Positions 11,936 to 26,142 of a DNA stretch of 64,000 bases are shown here, in pieces. The stretch lies in IMG/VR virus record IMGVR_UViG_3300045988_054218; one strand, given 5' to 3'. The notes beneath the pieces are model-generated. The model made no database searches. It was not told where the DNA came from and was given only the letters and a program-made list of their open reading frames with translations. Within the stretch, counting starts at the first letter, position 1; the number at the start of each line of letters is the position of its first letter. The position numbers and the translations under genes are program-made. The stretch comes from a virus.

Positions 11936-12769
11936 TCATGCATTAACCGCAGTCTATAATGCAATAAATACGCTAGCAGTAATAAGTGTGCCAGTAGTTC
12001 TATCTGTGTGCGCTGTCACTTGGCTTACGCCAAGTGCTCTAGCTAAAATATTATATTTAGCGGCTGTTACTAATTCACCAGAGCTAACCTCCGCATCACT
12101 ATAATTAGCTCCGCCAGATTGATTCTCCCAATTTTTTCGCTATTTCACTCTAGCAACTAAGGTATTCCACTTATTAGCTGAAAGCCCACCAGACACCTAA
12201 ATAATTTTATCAGTAGCTACGCCACTACCCCATGAAAACTCAGCTGGTTTTGTATAAAATACTAAAGTATCAGACGCAGAACCTAAATTCTTACTACTAG
12301 CAGAGCTATATGTTGTTCTCGGACCCGATTCATTCCAATCGCTCCACTCTCCATACTTAGTAGTAGTATTTCCTTTATCATCTTTTACTGTTGTTTTAGT
12401 ACGAGTTCGAGTGCGTGTATAAACTTCTTTTTTTTGTTTTGCACTTCTTGTAGCTGATAGCCTTCCTGTGACACTACCTCTCGATCCTGCTGTCATTCCA
12501 CCAATGGTGATGGTTCCAGTCTTAACAGAACTAGAACCACCATTGCCACCACTAAAACTCCAATGCCAAGTAGTAGTACAACCAGCAACATCATAAACTA
12601 CCTAAGTGATGGTTTTCTACTGAACTTGTCTAGTATCAGTGCTTGTTATAGTAGACCATCCAGAACTGTGTTCAGGTTCATTGGCAGGGATATACCACCC
12701 ACTTCCATCATAACTAATTCGCACACTAGAACGACTTGCACTGACAAAAGTAAGAGAAGCACTCGGCAT
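11936..12769 (-). CDS. Tail-module structural protein (277 aa, TAG-recoded)
   Basis: ATG at 12769 follows TAAGGAGGGATAAATA. ORF-track 12197-12496 is in the same frame. Ends at TGA 11936-11938. Confidence 0.7.
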
Positions 12770-12782
12770 TATTTATCCCTCC

Positions 12783-15700
12783 TTAAGCAAATCTTGCATA
12801 AATACCAGACTGATTAGCTGCTGGCACTGTGCAAGTAAGTCTATTACCATTTAAGATAATATAATTCGCGGCGCGTAGAGCTACGTTACCATTGCCATCT
12901 GTCGCTTGAATAATAACGCTTCCACTACCGCCAGTTGCCTATAATCCAAAGTTATAAGTAGTACCTTGGCTATCTTCTCCTTCGACCAAACCAACTCTAC
13001 CTAGTCTAGTATAAATGTTACCATCACTTTGTAAAATAGTGCCACTAGCAGAAATTGAATCTTCTCCAATCGTCCACCCACCGATATTACCACCATCACA
13101 GTTAAGGTCATCACAAACAATTCGGCCACTCGAATATAGATAAGTGCTTCCGCCTCGTAGAGAATTACTACTAATAGTCCATCCACCGATCTCACCATTA
13201 TCACATTCAAGGCTATCTGCGGTAATATTACCACGTACTTCTGCATTCTTACAAGAGAGTTTTCCGCCATTAGTAACATAGAAGTAGGTACCACTATTGC
13301 TAAAATCTGGAGTATCACCTGGCTTGCCAGTATTTGCACCAGACCAAAATACATAAGAACCAGAGCTAGCCATACCAATTTTATTGTTATTACTAGAGAG
13401 AGATTTACTCTTAAGAGTCCATCCGCCAATATTACCTTCCTTAGCGTAGAGAGAACCTTTTTTAGAAACTGCAAAATAGCTATCTTTTGCAGAAGTTGAA
13501 CTTGTAGCACCAGCCCAAATAGCAAACTCTTCATCCTTATCACTATTTAGTTCTACTCTTGTTGCTCCACTTCCGCTATATAATTTATTCTTCTCGATAG
13601 TCCAACCATCATTGCTATTTCTGCTAGTACAACCAATCTTACCAGACTGAGCAAAAATCTAACCTTCAATAGTTGCAGAGGTTGCTTTTAAAGCACCATT
13701 ATATGTAACTTCAAAAACTCCTCCACCTATCTTGATTGCGGTAGTATTATTGCCAGGATTAAGATCGGCAAAATTGATAGTCATACCAGTGGAATTATTT
13801 CCTCCACCGCCGCCTTTAATAGAACCAGACTTACCGTTAATTTCAATGCGGCCGCCTCCACTAGAAGCTCCGAAGAACGCGGTACCATCTTCCATTAAAC
13901 CGAAAGTATTAACGCCCTCCTGATAGCCATATAAACCTACTTTGTCTTGGCCACTATCTTTACCCATGACTACGCCAGTAAATCTATTTTGGCTATCTTT
14001 TGTTCCTGCACCAACCTATGGAGCGAATACATATTCTCCATCGCCAGTATCAAGAGCTGTTCCATCCCAACCGTTGATAGCTTCATTACCATAAGTATCA
14101 AGATACATGATAATTGGATGAATTAATCTATCATTACTATTTGGAATAGCAAGATTTAATACACCGATATTGCTCTAATCATTATCCTTAATATTCTCAA
14201 AGATAAAGCTAGAAGCGGGTTCTAAATACTTTTTACCATTGTCTGTTTTAATAGTAAGAATATTGGTGTTTAACGAGGTAATATTATCATTATAAGCTAC
14301 ATCATTATAATAGAAGTTAATATCGTTACTATAGAAAGATGGGATTAAACCAGAAGAATTATATTTGATATAAGATGGAATAGTGTCAATATCAATAGCA
14401 CTTGCCAAGGTAGAACCAACGATAACATCAAGAGGATAAGAAGCGTAGATATCAACCGAGCTATTATCATCTTTAATAGTAACTTGAACTCTCACATAGA
14501 AAGCTAACTCTGCATTAGGGGTATCTGCGGAAATCGTAGGTATACCGCGCACTAAAACTCGATCAACGGAATCAGTAACCACTTCTTTGTTCTCTACTGT
14601 AACGTTTGTTCCCTACCACTTATAAGTAATAGAATACTTACTATTGCCATTAATCAATTCTCCATCTTTATAAACATAACAACGAACCCTAATGTCATTA
14701 GTCCATCCATTATTATATCTTAAAGGCTGTAGTCCACTTAACTTTACACCGTCTGAATTGCATGGACGAATCGCGGTAATATAAGTAGTACCATTAGTTC
14801 CCTAGTCGCCATCTTTCAAACAAAGAATCTCTTTATTAAATAGATAAATAGATTCTGTAATCGTTCTTATTTTTACAATAACCGTATTATTACTGAAATT
14901 AACTCTATACTTCTATTTAATATTGTAGTGTAAAATATTATATTTGTCAACCCAAATATTCTCAAGCATGGAGTTATCAGGACTATAAGCAAGCTCTTTA
15001 GAGGTGGGAATCTCATACTCTTTATTATTCGCATCTTTCATTAGCCAAGACACGAAGTAAGAAGTGCCGAATCCTTCCTTCCATGCTAGATTAACCTATA
15101 GAGTTCTTTCTTTCTCTGCGTCTTCAATAGAAATATCGCCATTAGCATCATATCTAAAGGAATCTTCACCAATATAACTAATAGTTACATCGTCTTCGCT
15201 TTCGCTATTCACAATAGTATGTTCTAAAGTTCCGATAAACTATCCTGCAGAATTATACACCATGCAATAGAAAGTCACAGAACTGTATTGCAAATAAGAA
15301 CTTACGACAATCTCGGACTTCTTTTTTCCTTCCGGCACAGAGCTGTAACTATCATCTGGATAAGACAAATACCAATCTCCCACCAAAGACTCACTATCAG
15401 CATTATTTCTAATCTGTAGTTTAATATCAGCTCCGTCAGTAACTTGCTCAATAGAATAATCATAACTTGCATTACGATTCCATATAGCAATTTCCGCGGT
15501 TAGAGTAATGCTATCATTATAAACGACTACTAATTTATACTTCTATTGGTATAGAATATCAGTTGCATCAAGAGTAAGAGAACTAGATGTCTATCCAGCA
15601 ATCTTTCTCCATCCGAAACCTGCGGACTTGCTATATTCATCGCTACCAACAACCACGCTTAAGTCTCTCTCATACCATTGACAAACACATTTCTTACTAT

Positions 15701-16673
15701 CCATAATGTCTTCGCCATTATAAATTAAGCGTCCAACTAAATTCAAGCTAGATACTTTATCCGTAAAAGCGATACCTTTAGGAGCAGAGATCGTAAGATA
15801 ATAAGTCATATCACTTAAATCTTGCATATCAACATATTGAAGAGAAATATCTTTCACAAAAATATTAGCAACAGTTCTATTCTCTTCATCTGTAACTATG
15901 CCATTCTTAACAATTTTATCATAGACAAAGTCTTCTTCAAATAGTCTAATAGATTTAAGTCCCATTAAATAGTTCTTCTGCGCCTTAAGGATAATCTACT
16001 GTGGAGAGTAGACTGAGAACCCATAAGGATTACCATTAAAGTTCTAGAGATCTAATCTATACTTTACACTGCTATTATCCTTGGTATAAAACTCAACTTC
16101 AATACCATAATTACCGTGATTATGGATATTATGAAACTAAGTTAAGAAAAAGGCTTTCAAGCGAATATATTCATAATTGTTAGAGTATTGTTGGAATAGA
16201 CCATGATACCCATTCTGCTCATATTCTTCGCTATTTTGAAAAATATAAGTAGAACTTCCGATCTCTCCAGCTGGCGTTCCCGCTATTACTCCGTAGCTTT
16301 GTGAAGCGTCATAAGCTCCATCATACAATGCATCAAAAGTAGGAGATACTTCAAATACAGAATTAGTTAAATCAGATAACTAAGCGTCAGATAAAGACTT
16401 CGCAGTTACTAAAGAAGTAATCAATTTCTTGTTAGAAAAATTACCCTCCGGCACCTTGACATAAACCACGTCTTTAATAGAATAGCTTTTACCAGTATCC
16501 TCGCTAAATGCAGAAAAGATATTGCCGTTATATCTAACTTTGTATTCTCCAGCATCTACATCTACAATAGAATAAACGGTGGCTTGGATAGTTTTGTCAT
16601 ATTTTAACTATCTTAGCCTTTCTTCCGTAATAATATCCATAGCTTGCAATAGCTGTTCAGATATATTATTCAT
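12783..16673 (-). CDS. Very large tail/baseplate protein with Gly-rich GGWTI-type repeats (1,296 aa, TAG-recoded)
   Basis: ATG at 16673 follows AAAGGAGATAAAC. ORF-track pieces 16137-16328, 15591-15965, 14175-14582, 13659-13967 and 12939-13373 share one frame. About 400 nt (15181-15593) were scanned and showed TAG only, with no TAA or TGA. TAA at 12783-12785. Confidence 0.75.
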
Positions 16674-16723
16674 GTTTATCTCCTTTCACTCCTTTAATAA
16701 GGAGAGCTAAAAAGCTCTCCTTA

Positions 16724-19700
16724 TTAAGTCTTTCTTCTAGCCCACTATGCCGCATCATTAGTAAGACTAATAAACGCTTCCTCAATTTCAGTGCGGCTAG
16801 TCACGTTCGGGAACTCTACTTTATCAATATGGACAGTTTGCTCAATAGAATCTTGAATTGGTGTAGTAGCGACTGGATTGAGCTTCTGACCCATAAGAGC
16901 CATTGCCGCAATTGCATTACCGTCAAGAGATTTCTCAATAGACTTAAACAAATCTGTGCCGATAGTTCTTACAGCTTGAACTGCTGCAAGAATATTCTCG
17001 GTATCACTTTGATTTAACACCAATTCCTTTTGGTGAAGGAAAGCGAGTTTCGCATCATCAAATATACCAGTATATCCACCAGTAGCAAACCCAGGAACGC
17101 CCAATGCTTGCATTTTTTTCTTCCATTCTTCTTCACTTTCATATTGACCAACAGAAGTAGAATCTTTATAACGGTTATCTGCCGCATCGCCACGAGTTCC
17201 AAAATATTCTTTTGTTAATCCCATATCATCAATTTTATTTTCACGTTGGCTTGTTAATTCTTTATATTCTTTACTTCCATATTCTAACCATCCATTAGCA
17301 ATACCATCCATAATAACACCAGAATAATCGGTATTTGGATCATAACCCTTACTAGAATTACCTTTAGAAGAAGAAGATGCTGCAAATTGAGCTTGTTGAG
17401 AAGCAAGAGCACGCAATGCTTCAACGGTATCCCAGATGGATTGCGCTAACTCTAAATAACCATCAGAAGCATTTTGAGCCGCATCAATCATATTCCACAA
17501 AGTATCCTTAGCTTCATCGCCGCGTTCTCTTAATTGATCAGTAGCTTCAGAAACCTTATCAGTTTCTTGCGCCAAATTATCAAGAGTAGTACCAGTTTCA
17601 GAAGCGACATTTTGAACTTTATCTTTATAGTTATCAAAATCTCGTTGCGCTTGATCTAATAACTTGCGGAGTTCATCCTCAAAATTCGTGGTATTTTGAG
17701 TCATGTCGTCAAGATCTTTAGCATAAGTATTATTGAACTTGTCGATAAGATCGGTGTTGTTGCCCGCAATCTCTTTTAGCTGTTCACTGTTTTTCATCAA
17801 AATGTCGGCAATGCTTTCACCAGAATCGGCTACTAATTGCTTCAATTCTTCTGTGGTAATGCCAGTTAAGTCGGTAATAGTATCGCCTGTGATAATTGCA
17901 TTATCAATTAAGTTCTTATTACCCGCTTCTGTCATATCAGCGATTGCGTTTTGCTTTTCCTCTTCGAGGTATTTAATCTTCTCGCTATAATACTTATAGA
18001 TTTCTTGAGCCTATGCTGAACGCTCTTCGTCGGTGAGTGTCATATCAGAATAGATGTCTTTAATCTTATCCTGGCACTCTTTCCAAGTAGAAACAATCTC
18101 GCCAGTTACATCAGTTACCTGTTGTTTAGCGATATTATACCAATCATTCTCTGCGTCAAGAAGATTTTGCTGAGCATTGGCAATCTGATCTTGATCCGCG
18201 GTATATTGATAGTTCCAGTTACCTTGGCTATCTCTTACTAACTGAATTTGGTTCTTAGCATTTTGAGCATCTTCAAGAGCCATCTGAGCCTGTAATACTT
18301 GATATTTAGCATTGAGAATATCAAGGTCATACTGAGATAGCTTATTACCTTCTCTGCGTTGATTAATTTCCTCTTGGAGAGCTTTTAATCTTTCCTTGTG
18401 CGCAGAATTGGTAGTGTTGTCGATGTCTTGTTGAAGCTTGTTATACCAAGCAGATACTTGATATGCTTCATTTACTTTATCAAAGTAGCGTTCATTTTGC
18501 TCAATATAATGATCGTACTTATCTTGTAGCAAGTCAAGACCAACACCATTAGATACCGCTTGACCAAACTCATAAACCGCTTTCTCGATTTGCTGGAGAT
18601 ACATATCTTGTGCTGTTTCCATTGCCTCTTGAGCAGAAGATAGATAAGCTTCTTGAGCTTTATTAAACTCTTCTAGATATGCGTCTCTTGCTTTCTTATA
18701 AGCATCGTAACGCAAATCGGTTTCATCTCCACCAAGAGAATCGAGTTTTGCTTGCGCTTCCTCTAATCTCTAAGCAGCCTGTTCGTACCAACCTCTTTGC
18801 AGTTTAGCGGATGCTAACTGAGCGTTTAGTTTTTCTTGGCTATTTTTCTGGAGACGATTAAATCCTTCCGCAGTCTTATAAGTTACACCTTGTAAAGTAT
18901 AAAGTTCTTTAATAGTATCTAATACAGAAGCATTATGCTCTAACTGATCAGTAAATGCTGCAAATCTTTCAGAAGCGGCATCAACAGCATCTGGGACAAT
19001 ATCCTCAATAGAGTTTGCCCATTCTGCAATAGCTTTCGCAGAATCCACAATATTACCTTGCAGGCTCTGGATTTCATCCATGATAGCTCGTCTATCTGCA
19101 TCATCTGTAGTGCTTTCATAAAGCTTCTTAAGAGAATTCCATTCCTCTTGATAGCTAGGCAGTAATGCCGCCTCAGCTTGCGCGCCTCCAGCAGATAATT
19201 TAGCACTTTCAAGACCATGGGTTAATGCATCGCCAAACATTTCGGAAATTTCTTTAGATAAGTCCCTGACGGCATCTTTCATAGACTTTACATCTAGAAC
19301 GATCTCCATCTTGAACTTGATTTCCTCAAGCTTCTTGTCAGCAATAGAACGAGCATTTTCTTGAATATTATCTGTGGTATCACGAACTACATCTAGAGTG
19401 CTTTCATATTGCTCAAGTGCTTTCTGGCGCTGCTCAAAGAGTTTCTTCTCTGCATCAAGCTGATTCTTAAGAGCGGTATGCTCTTCTTCGCTTAAAGTCT
19501 TACCAGCAACAGCAAGATTATAACGCTCAACTGCGGCATTATAAAGATTAAGGTTCTCTCTTAATAGATCCTCGTAGTTAGTGATTTCGCCATCTGCGCC
19601 AATTTGTGCGTCTGCAAAATACTTCTTAACTAGGGCAGAATCTTGAACTAAATAATTCTATGCTTCTTTCAGCTTTTGATTATAAAGTTCTTGTTGCTTC

Positions 19701-22700
19701 TCAAGAGCTTTGATTTCATTCTCGTAACCATCAAGAGCCTCAGTTCCCCAAGCTCTATCCGTAGTGTTACTTAAATCATCAAGCAAGTCATCCTGTCTCT
19801 AGATTTCTCGGTTAATCTCATGGTAACGGTCTTCGACTTCTTGAAGAGTCTTTAAATCCTCTTTGTCATAAGTTTTGCCTTTACTACCGCTTCCGCCTTT
19901 TGATCCCTTTCCACTAGAAATATTGCCAAATAAATTATCCAAATTAGTGGTAGAAGCACCAATTTGAGCAATCATGCCTTCAATATCATTAGCAGATGCA
20001 CCTGCGGAATCGGCAAGATTTTGATACTTCGCTGCAAGATCTGCCCAAGCTTGTTCACTTACGGTATCGGCTTCATCGAGCATTTTCTAGGTATCTTGCA
20101 GGACAGCTGCTTCTTGACTTACGCCAGAAGAGCCAGTATATTTAACACCAAAATTATTGCCACCAGTAACAGCTCCAGCATCATTATTAGCAACGGCTTG
20201 CATATTTGCAATAGCGGTGCGAGCAAACTCAGCAGAAGACTGTGCCGCAGAGCTAAAAGCAGAATCCCAGTTTTGAGCAGTAACTAAACCATTGTCATAT
20301 GCAGAATCCGCAGTTTTTTCTTGGTTATCCAATTTAACAGTAGTAGATGCTTTACTATTTAATTGCTCCAAATCTGATAGACCACCAGATAGCGTAGCCT
20401 ATGCTTCAGAAGAAGTCATTGCAGAATCTGTTTCTGCTCCTGCTAGAACTGCCGCGGCAGTTGCCATCTACTGATACACTTGCTGTTTAGCACGTAATAA
20501 AGTTGCTTGATTTTCAAGACGAGAAACAGTTGCTTCTCCATCAGCAGCAACCTCTCCACGCGCTGCGGCAATAGCACTTTCAACCATAGTCTGGTTCAAA
20601 CGAACTGAACCATCACCTATATCTTCCATACCCTGGATAATACCGGGGAATGTATTATTTAGCTCTCGTATATCGGTTGCGGCAATTACAAAGTTTTCTC
20701 CAATTTTAGAAGCTTCATCTTGGATATTTTGCATAGCACTTTTAATGCTATCAAATTCCTGTTCAGCTTGTGTATGGATTTCTACATCGACTGCATAGTT
20801 AGCATCTAATAGTTCATCCATTGTATTGGTAAACTCTTCTGGATTGGCCTCAATATTTACTTCCCAATCACTCTCTTGCTCGCCTAAGAAATCTTTAAGT
20901 TTATCGCTAGCTTCTTTTGCATTATTAGTTAAATCGTCAAGTTTAATTTGCGCTAATCGATCCTACACATCTTCAAGTGCTTCTGCGAATTTCTATGTTC
21001 CCACTTCCCATGTATTAGAAAGCTCGATTGCATCAGCTTGGAGTTCCGGGTATTGGCTCTTAAGGGTATCTAACTAATCAATTAGATTTTGATATTCTTC
21101 ATTATCGCTAATATTTTCATAAGTAGTATCACCAGACTGAATGCTATCAATTAACGATCTAGCACTCTTTTCACCAGAGGTCGCCGCTTGGCTTAAACGC
21201 TCATAAAAACTAGATGGATCGTAGGAATTTAAACTAGCAATAAAGCTATTATACCACGCTTCCGCATCTGTGATACCAAGAGTAGCCAAGTCCTCTTCAT
21301 TAAGACCAAGAGCGGCATATAGTTCTTCTTGTGACATTCCGGTAAGTTGAGCAATATCGTCAGGAGATAATTGAGCAAATAAAGAACTTAAATCAATAGA
21401 CTCGGTGCCTTGTGCCAGTTGATTAAGAATTGTTGTAGCAAAATCAGCTTCGCCAAATGCATCGCTAAGAGAGTTTGCTCCATCCACTAACTTTTGTAGA
21501 CTTGCTTCATAAGCATCTTGATCAAAATTATCTAAACCTTCTCCTAGTGAGTCAATTAGCTCCTATTGAGCATAGGTTTGCGCAATCATCTTGCGCATAT
21601 AATCATCACTTAATGCTTCATCGAAAAGATTTTCGCCACTAGAGGTTTGAAGTTGGCCCTTATTCCATCCGCCTTTATAGTTTAACTGGTCAACATCGGT
21701 GCGGCCTAAAACCATACTAGCATATAATCTAGCTAGTTCTTCGTCTCCATTAATAGACTGACCGATATAACTACCTAACGCGCTATTGGAAGAATATTTA
21801 TTTTTTGCAACCGTTACATTAGAAAGCGCCTAATCTCTTTCTTCTAGTGCCTATGCTTCTCGCGCTGCGTAGACATCAAGTAAACCATTATAGATACCTT
21901 CACTATCTCCTGCGATATCCTTCAATGCATCACTACGATTTTCTTCAATATTATTCTTGAGAATTTCTTTTGCATAGTAGTCATTCGCATCACTAGCATC
22001 TTTAGTAGAGGTAATAAGAGTTTCTAGCTCTGTTCTAAAATCTTCAAGCTTTGTTGTGCTTAATTCTAATCCAGGTAAAACTCGCTTAAGTTCAGTCTCA
22101 AATTCGTCTAGAGAAAGAGGCTCTTGAGTATCAAGGATACTCATTGCAGCGTCTAGTTCATTATCACTTAGCGCTCTAAAGTCTCCAATTAAACTTCTCT
22201 TAGCATTTGTACGCTCACTCTTAATATTCGCACTACCAGAATAAATCTGACCAGTATAAAGGGAGCTTTCAGTCTGTCTTTCGCGTGCGTCCGCTTGTGA
22301 CTATAGTTCTTCGAGTACGCCATCCGCGAATTGAATAATACCCTTATCATCATAATACCACTTAGAACGATCAAATAAACCCTGAGATTCGATTAACTCT
22401 TTAGCTTTATCATTTGCGGTTTTAATAGCATCTGCATACTCTTTAGTACCTTCAGTTAAATCATCAATGCTCTGTACCGCAGAATCCCAATCATTGATGG
22501 TATTTTTAAGTTCTGTAGCAGCATTTTTTGCATCATCATATGCTTTGTTTAATACTTCAACTCCCGCAGCAGCCTCTTTAGCAGCATCCGCATCAGCATT
22601 ATAAGCTTTTACTAAAGCATAAATAGCAACACCGAGAGCGGCAACAAGAGCAATATACGGGGCTAAAGCAATTAATCCAGCTACAATTTCTGCATTCGCT

Positions 22701-25432
22701 ATCGCGGTTGCAGTTGCTACTTCGCCTTCAGCCTTAGCAAGAATTTTATCCGCTGCAGCCTTAGCAAGAGATGCGGTGATACCAAGTCCTTTAACAGTAA
22801 CTTCCTTAGCTTCACTAATAGTTACAAGCTGAGTCGCTCCAGTCATTGCTTTAGTCAAAGTAATGACAGTAGGTAATAGCATTCCTAAACTTGTAAAGAT
22901 GGTAATTAAACGCTCTCCCGCGGTCATATCAGAGTCTTGGAAAACATTTCCAATACTCTTAAACGCTTGCATAGCCATAGCTAATTGAGAGAGATAAGTA
23001 CCTGCGGAAACTATTCTGTCAGCCCAATCTTTTGTTGCATAAGCGTTTGTTTCTAGGCTATTTGTTACTTCCTTATTTGCCGCTTCATACTCTTTGGTGA
23101 CATAAGCCATAGCTTCTGTAGCACTTTTACCTTCTTTAAGAGCGGCTGTAAATCTAACGACAAGATTAACCTAACGTTCTGGTAAGAAATTAGTTAAAGT
23201 ATCTTTCAAGATAGTTGACTGAGCATTTAGATCATCTAATTGTCTGTCAACGTCTGTAAAATAATCTAAAATCTCTTGCTCCGAAGCGCCTGGCTTGATT
23301 CCGCCCATCTCATAAGCAACTTTTTTTAATTCAGTGCTTAGCTCATCGCTATCATTGCTTAAAGATTTAATTCTATTAGAGATGGCACGTAAATCCACTT
23401 GCTTTTTAGATACAGATTCTAATCTGGTAATTATTCTAGCAATAGCTTCATCCGCAGAACGACTCTTAGAAATAAGGTCCTGAACTCCAGTAACTGCATT
23501 TTTTACTACATCGCTGCTAGCGCTGCCTTTTCTTCCGCCTAAATATCTGTTAATATCACTTTTACTATCAACAGAGATATTATCCTTAATATCTTGCTTA
23601 TACTGCGCCGCCAATTCTTCATTTAATGTGATCTAGCGGGCATACTCTTTAGACTGTTCTTGCAAAGACTGTAAATGATTAAGGTCTGCCTAAAGAACAC
23701 TTTTCTGACGCTCATTTAATTCATCAATTTTAGAATTGACCAATCCACGTAATTCAACCTACTTTTGTGTGATATCTAGAGCTTCTCTCGCTGGACCCTC
23801 GACGCCCATTTTTTCAATAGAAATACTTTGAGCAAGAGTAGCGGCCTATTGCTAAAGAGCTCTTGCGCGTGCCTATTCTTGATTGGTTAAAAAGCCAATT
23901 TGAACAGCGCTCTCTCGCAAACTTTCAGCAATCTTATCTCCATAGACCTTATTAATTAGTAGCACAGATGCCGCTAATACGCCATTCATACCACCCATAG
24001 CATCAATAACATCAGCTGTACCGCTCAATAAAGGAGTAATCAAATCATCTACTTTAATGTAGAAATCTGGATTGATTAAACTGTCATAAATATCTTCCGC
24101 GGCAGCCTTGGTTCTATCTCTAGCAGCTTCCCAAGATTCAGCGTAAATCTCGGCTTGTTGCTCTAACGCACCATCTGCATCTTGTGCCATAGCTAGATTC
24201 TCTTTGAAGAAATCCCAGTTATCCATCAATGCGATTAACTGTGTCCATTGACGCACGCCAGCCACAGTCTCAGCCAATGCAATCTTTTGATCTCGCGCAA
24301 GACCATCCCATTTACCACCAAGATCATTGAGAATTTCGTCCATACCTTTAAGTTCTCCATTAGTATCCTTAATTTGAACACCAACGGTAGCAAGAGCCTA
24401 AGAATACTTATTCAAGGTAGTCCCATCGTCAAGAGTTTCTCCTTGATTCAAGCCCTGAATACGAGAGAATAAGGTTCTAAACGCAGTACCAACAATACTA
24501 GCGCTTTCACGAGTTTGTGCAGTAACTGTAGCAAGAGCAGATGCTGCATACTCATAGCTTAGTCCTACTGTATTAGCTACAGCAGCGAACTTCTCGATAC
24601 CTTCAGAAATTTCATCAGAACTAGATGCAGTCGCCGCACCTAATTTAACCATGACATCAGCATAATGCTCAAGGCTCTAACTTCCATCATAGAAGTTGTT
24701 CCAAATAGCAGTTAACTGCTGAGACGCGGTTTCCGCGGTTGTGCCAGCTACATTAGCCATTTTGATCGTGGTTTCTGTACGATCAAGTACCTCTTGATCT
24801 GTTAAACCTTGCTGATAGTAAATTAAAGAAGCATCAGTATAGTTAGTCGTAGTCGTACTTAATGCTTTGGCTGCTTTATTTGCCTATTCAGCAAAACGGG
24901 CCATATCTTCCGCAGATTTCTCACTTACAATACGAATTTCATTGAGCGATCTATCTAAATTTTTAGAATACCCATAGGCTTGCTCTAAAGAACCAACAAA
25001 TCCATGCAGTACGCTAGATGTTAGCTACCAACGCATTGTGTTCTTCATAGTTACCCATAATTCGTTCATCAGGGTATTGGTTCTACGCAACGGTAATTCA
25101 GCCTAAGTAATAGATGAAGCTACTTTCAAAAACGCCTCTGTACCAGCTGGACCGAGCTAGACCATCTGATTATAGTATGATCTTAAACTTTGTCCACTAT
25201 CTTCTAATTTTTTATTAAAAACAGATAAATCTAATTTACCCGTGTTAGTATTTACTGCTGACTATAGATTTTTAGCTAAATCTAAAGCAGCAGTAGAAGC
25301 TTTCTATAGAGTAGGAACAACTTGAGATTTAGTCCCTAATGCCTACAGACTAGTGACAGCCTCTTGCAAAGATGCTTCAAACTTACTAGTATCAGCATTA
25401 ACGCCAATCGTATAATTTAGACGCTTTGCCAT
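16724..25432 (-). CDS. Tail tape measure protein (2,902 aa, at least 19 in-frame TAG)
   Basis: Twelve ORF-track pieces (24398-24652 down to 16745-17935) all end at a coordinate equal to 1 mod 3 and abut across TAG. ATG at 25432 follows AAAGGAGGAAAAGG. The N-terminal ~450 aa show the classical tape-measure core (...VKLGAATASSSDEISEGIEKFAAVANTVGLSYEYAASALATVTAQTRES...). TAA at 16724-16726. Confidence 0.9.
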
Positions 25433-25460
25433 AGTCCTTTTCCTCCTTTAACACCTATAT

Positions 25461-25505
25461 AACAAAATAAAGGCTCTTGAGAATTAGTATCCTCAAGAGC
25501 CTTTT
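25461..25505 (-). terminator. Rho-independent terminator upstream of the tape measure gene
   Basis: AAGGCTCTTGAG-loop-CTCAAGAGCCTT stem with a T-run on the minus strand. Confidence 0.7.
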
Positions 25506-25541
25506 AATTCTCTACTTAATCTGAGAATTTAATTAGATTAC

Positions 25542-26075
25542 TTAATCTTTTCCAACCACATCTTTGATTACGGCCAGAGTCTCTAGATTCTCACCATTCT
25601 TAATCTTGTCTAAAATTTCAGTAATCTGTGAATCTAATCCACCTGCATTTGCTGTCATAGCCTGAATAATACCAGCTGCAGAAGAATTATATCTAGCAAT
25701 ATCGCTAACTGTGTCATTCACGAGTTCCTTCATAAACTCGATTTCATCCTCTGGAATAGTAGAAATAATTTGGTCAATCACGCCATTTTCTTCCAAAAGA
25801 TCATAAGTCTTAGAAACCTCTGCCATTTGTTTCTCTGTAAAAGTGATATTTGCATACCACTTACATACAGCAATAGAGAAATAAACCTCAATTCTTACCG
25901 GACTAAAACAGCCTGTCATGTCATCAAGAGCATGATTAACAATAAACTGAATAAATTCCGCTTTTTCATCAACAGGAAGATAATTGCGGATTTCAAGCGT
26001 AATATCGTCATTAAGCTGGCAGTTAGTAGTAATTTTCTTAGCCTTTAGTCCCAGCTTAGTAAAAGTCATTTTCAT
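25542..26075 (-). CDS. Tail assembly chaperone-like protein (177 aa)
   Basis: Complete TAG-free ORF with a TAA stop. Acidic, and lies immediately upstream of the tape measure gene (positional call). Confidence 0.55.
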   Translation of the reverse strand: MKMTFTKLGLKAKKITTNCQLNDDITLEIRNYLPVDEKAEFIQFIVNHALDDMTGCFSPVRIEVYFSIAVCKWYANITFTEKQMAEVSKTYDLLEENGVIDQIISTIPEDEIEFMKELVNDTVSDIARYNSSAAGIIQAMTANAGGLDSQITEILDKIKNGENLETLAVIKDVVGKD

Positions 26076-26108
26076 AGGTATTAACTCCTTTAACTCATTT
26101 ATATTTTA

Positions 26109-26137
26109 ATTATACTAGAAAAAAAATCTTTTGTCAA
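26109..26137 (-). promoter_or_regulatory. Internal sigma70/sigmaA-type promoter (TTGACA-17-TATAAT) in the late module
   Basis: The minus strand reads TTGACAAAAGATTTTTTTTCTAGTATAAT, about 30 nt upstream of the SD of 25542-26075. Confidence 0.55.
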
Positions 26138-26142
26138 GTTTA

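Noticed and set aside
13001-13543. 180-aa alternative-frame ORF overlapping the large tail protein gene, and similar small ORFs inside the tape measure gene (17014-17202, 18940-19218, 22189-22374).
   Set aside because: They sit in the wrong frame relative to the continuous, TAG-stitched gene, with hydrophobic or low-complexity translations and no SD.
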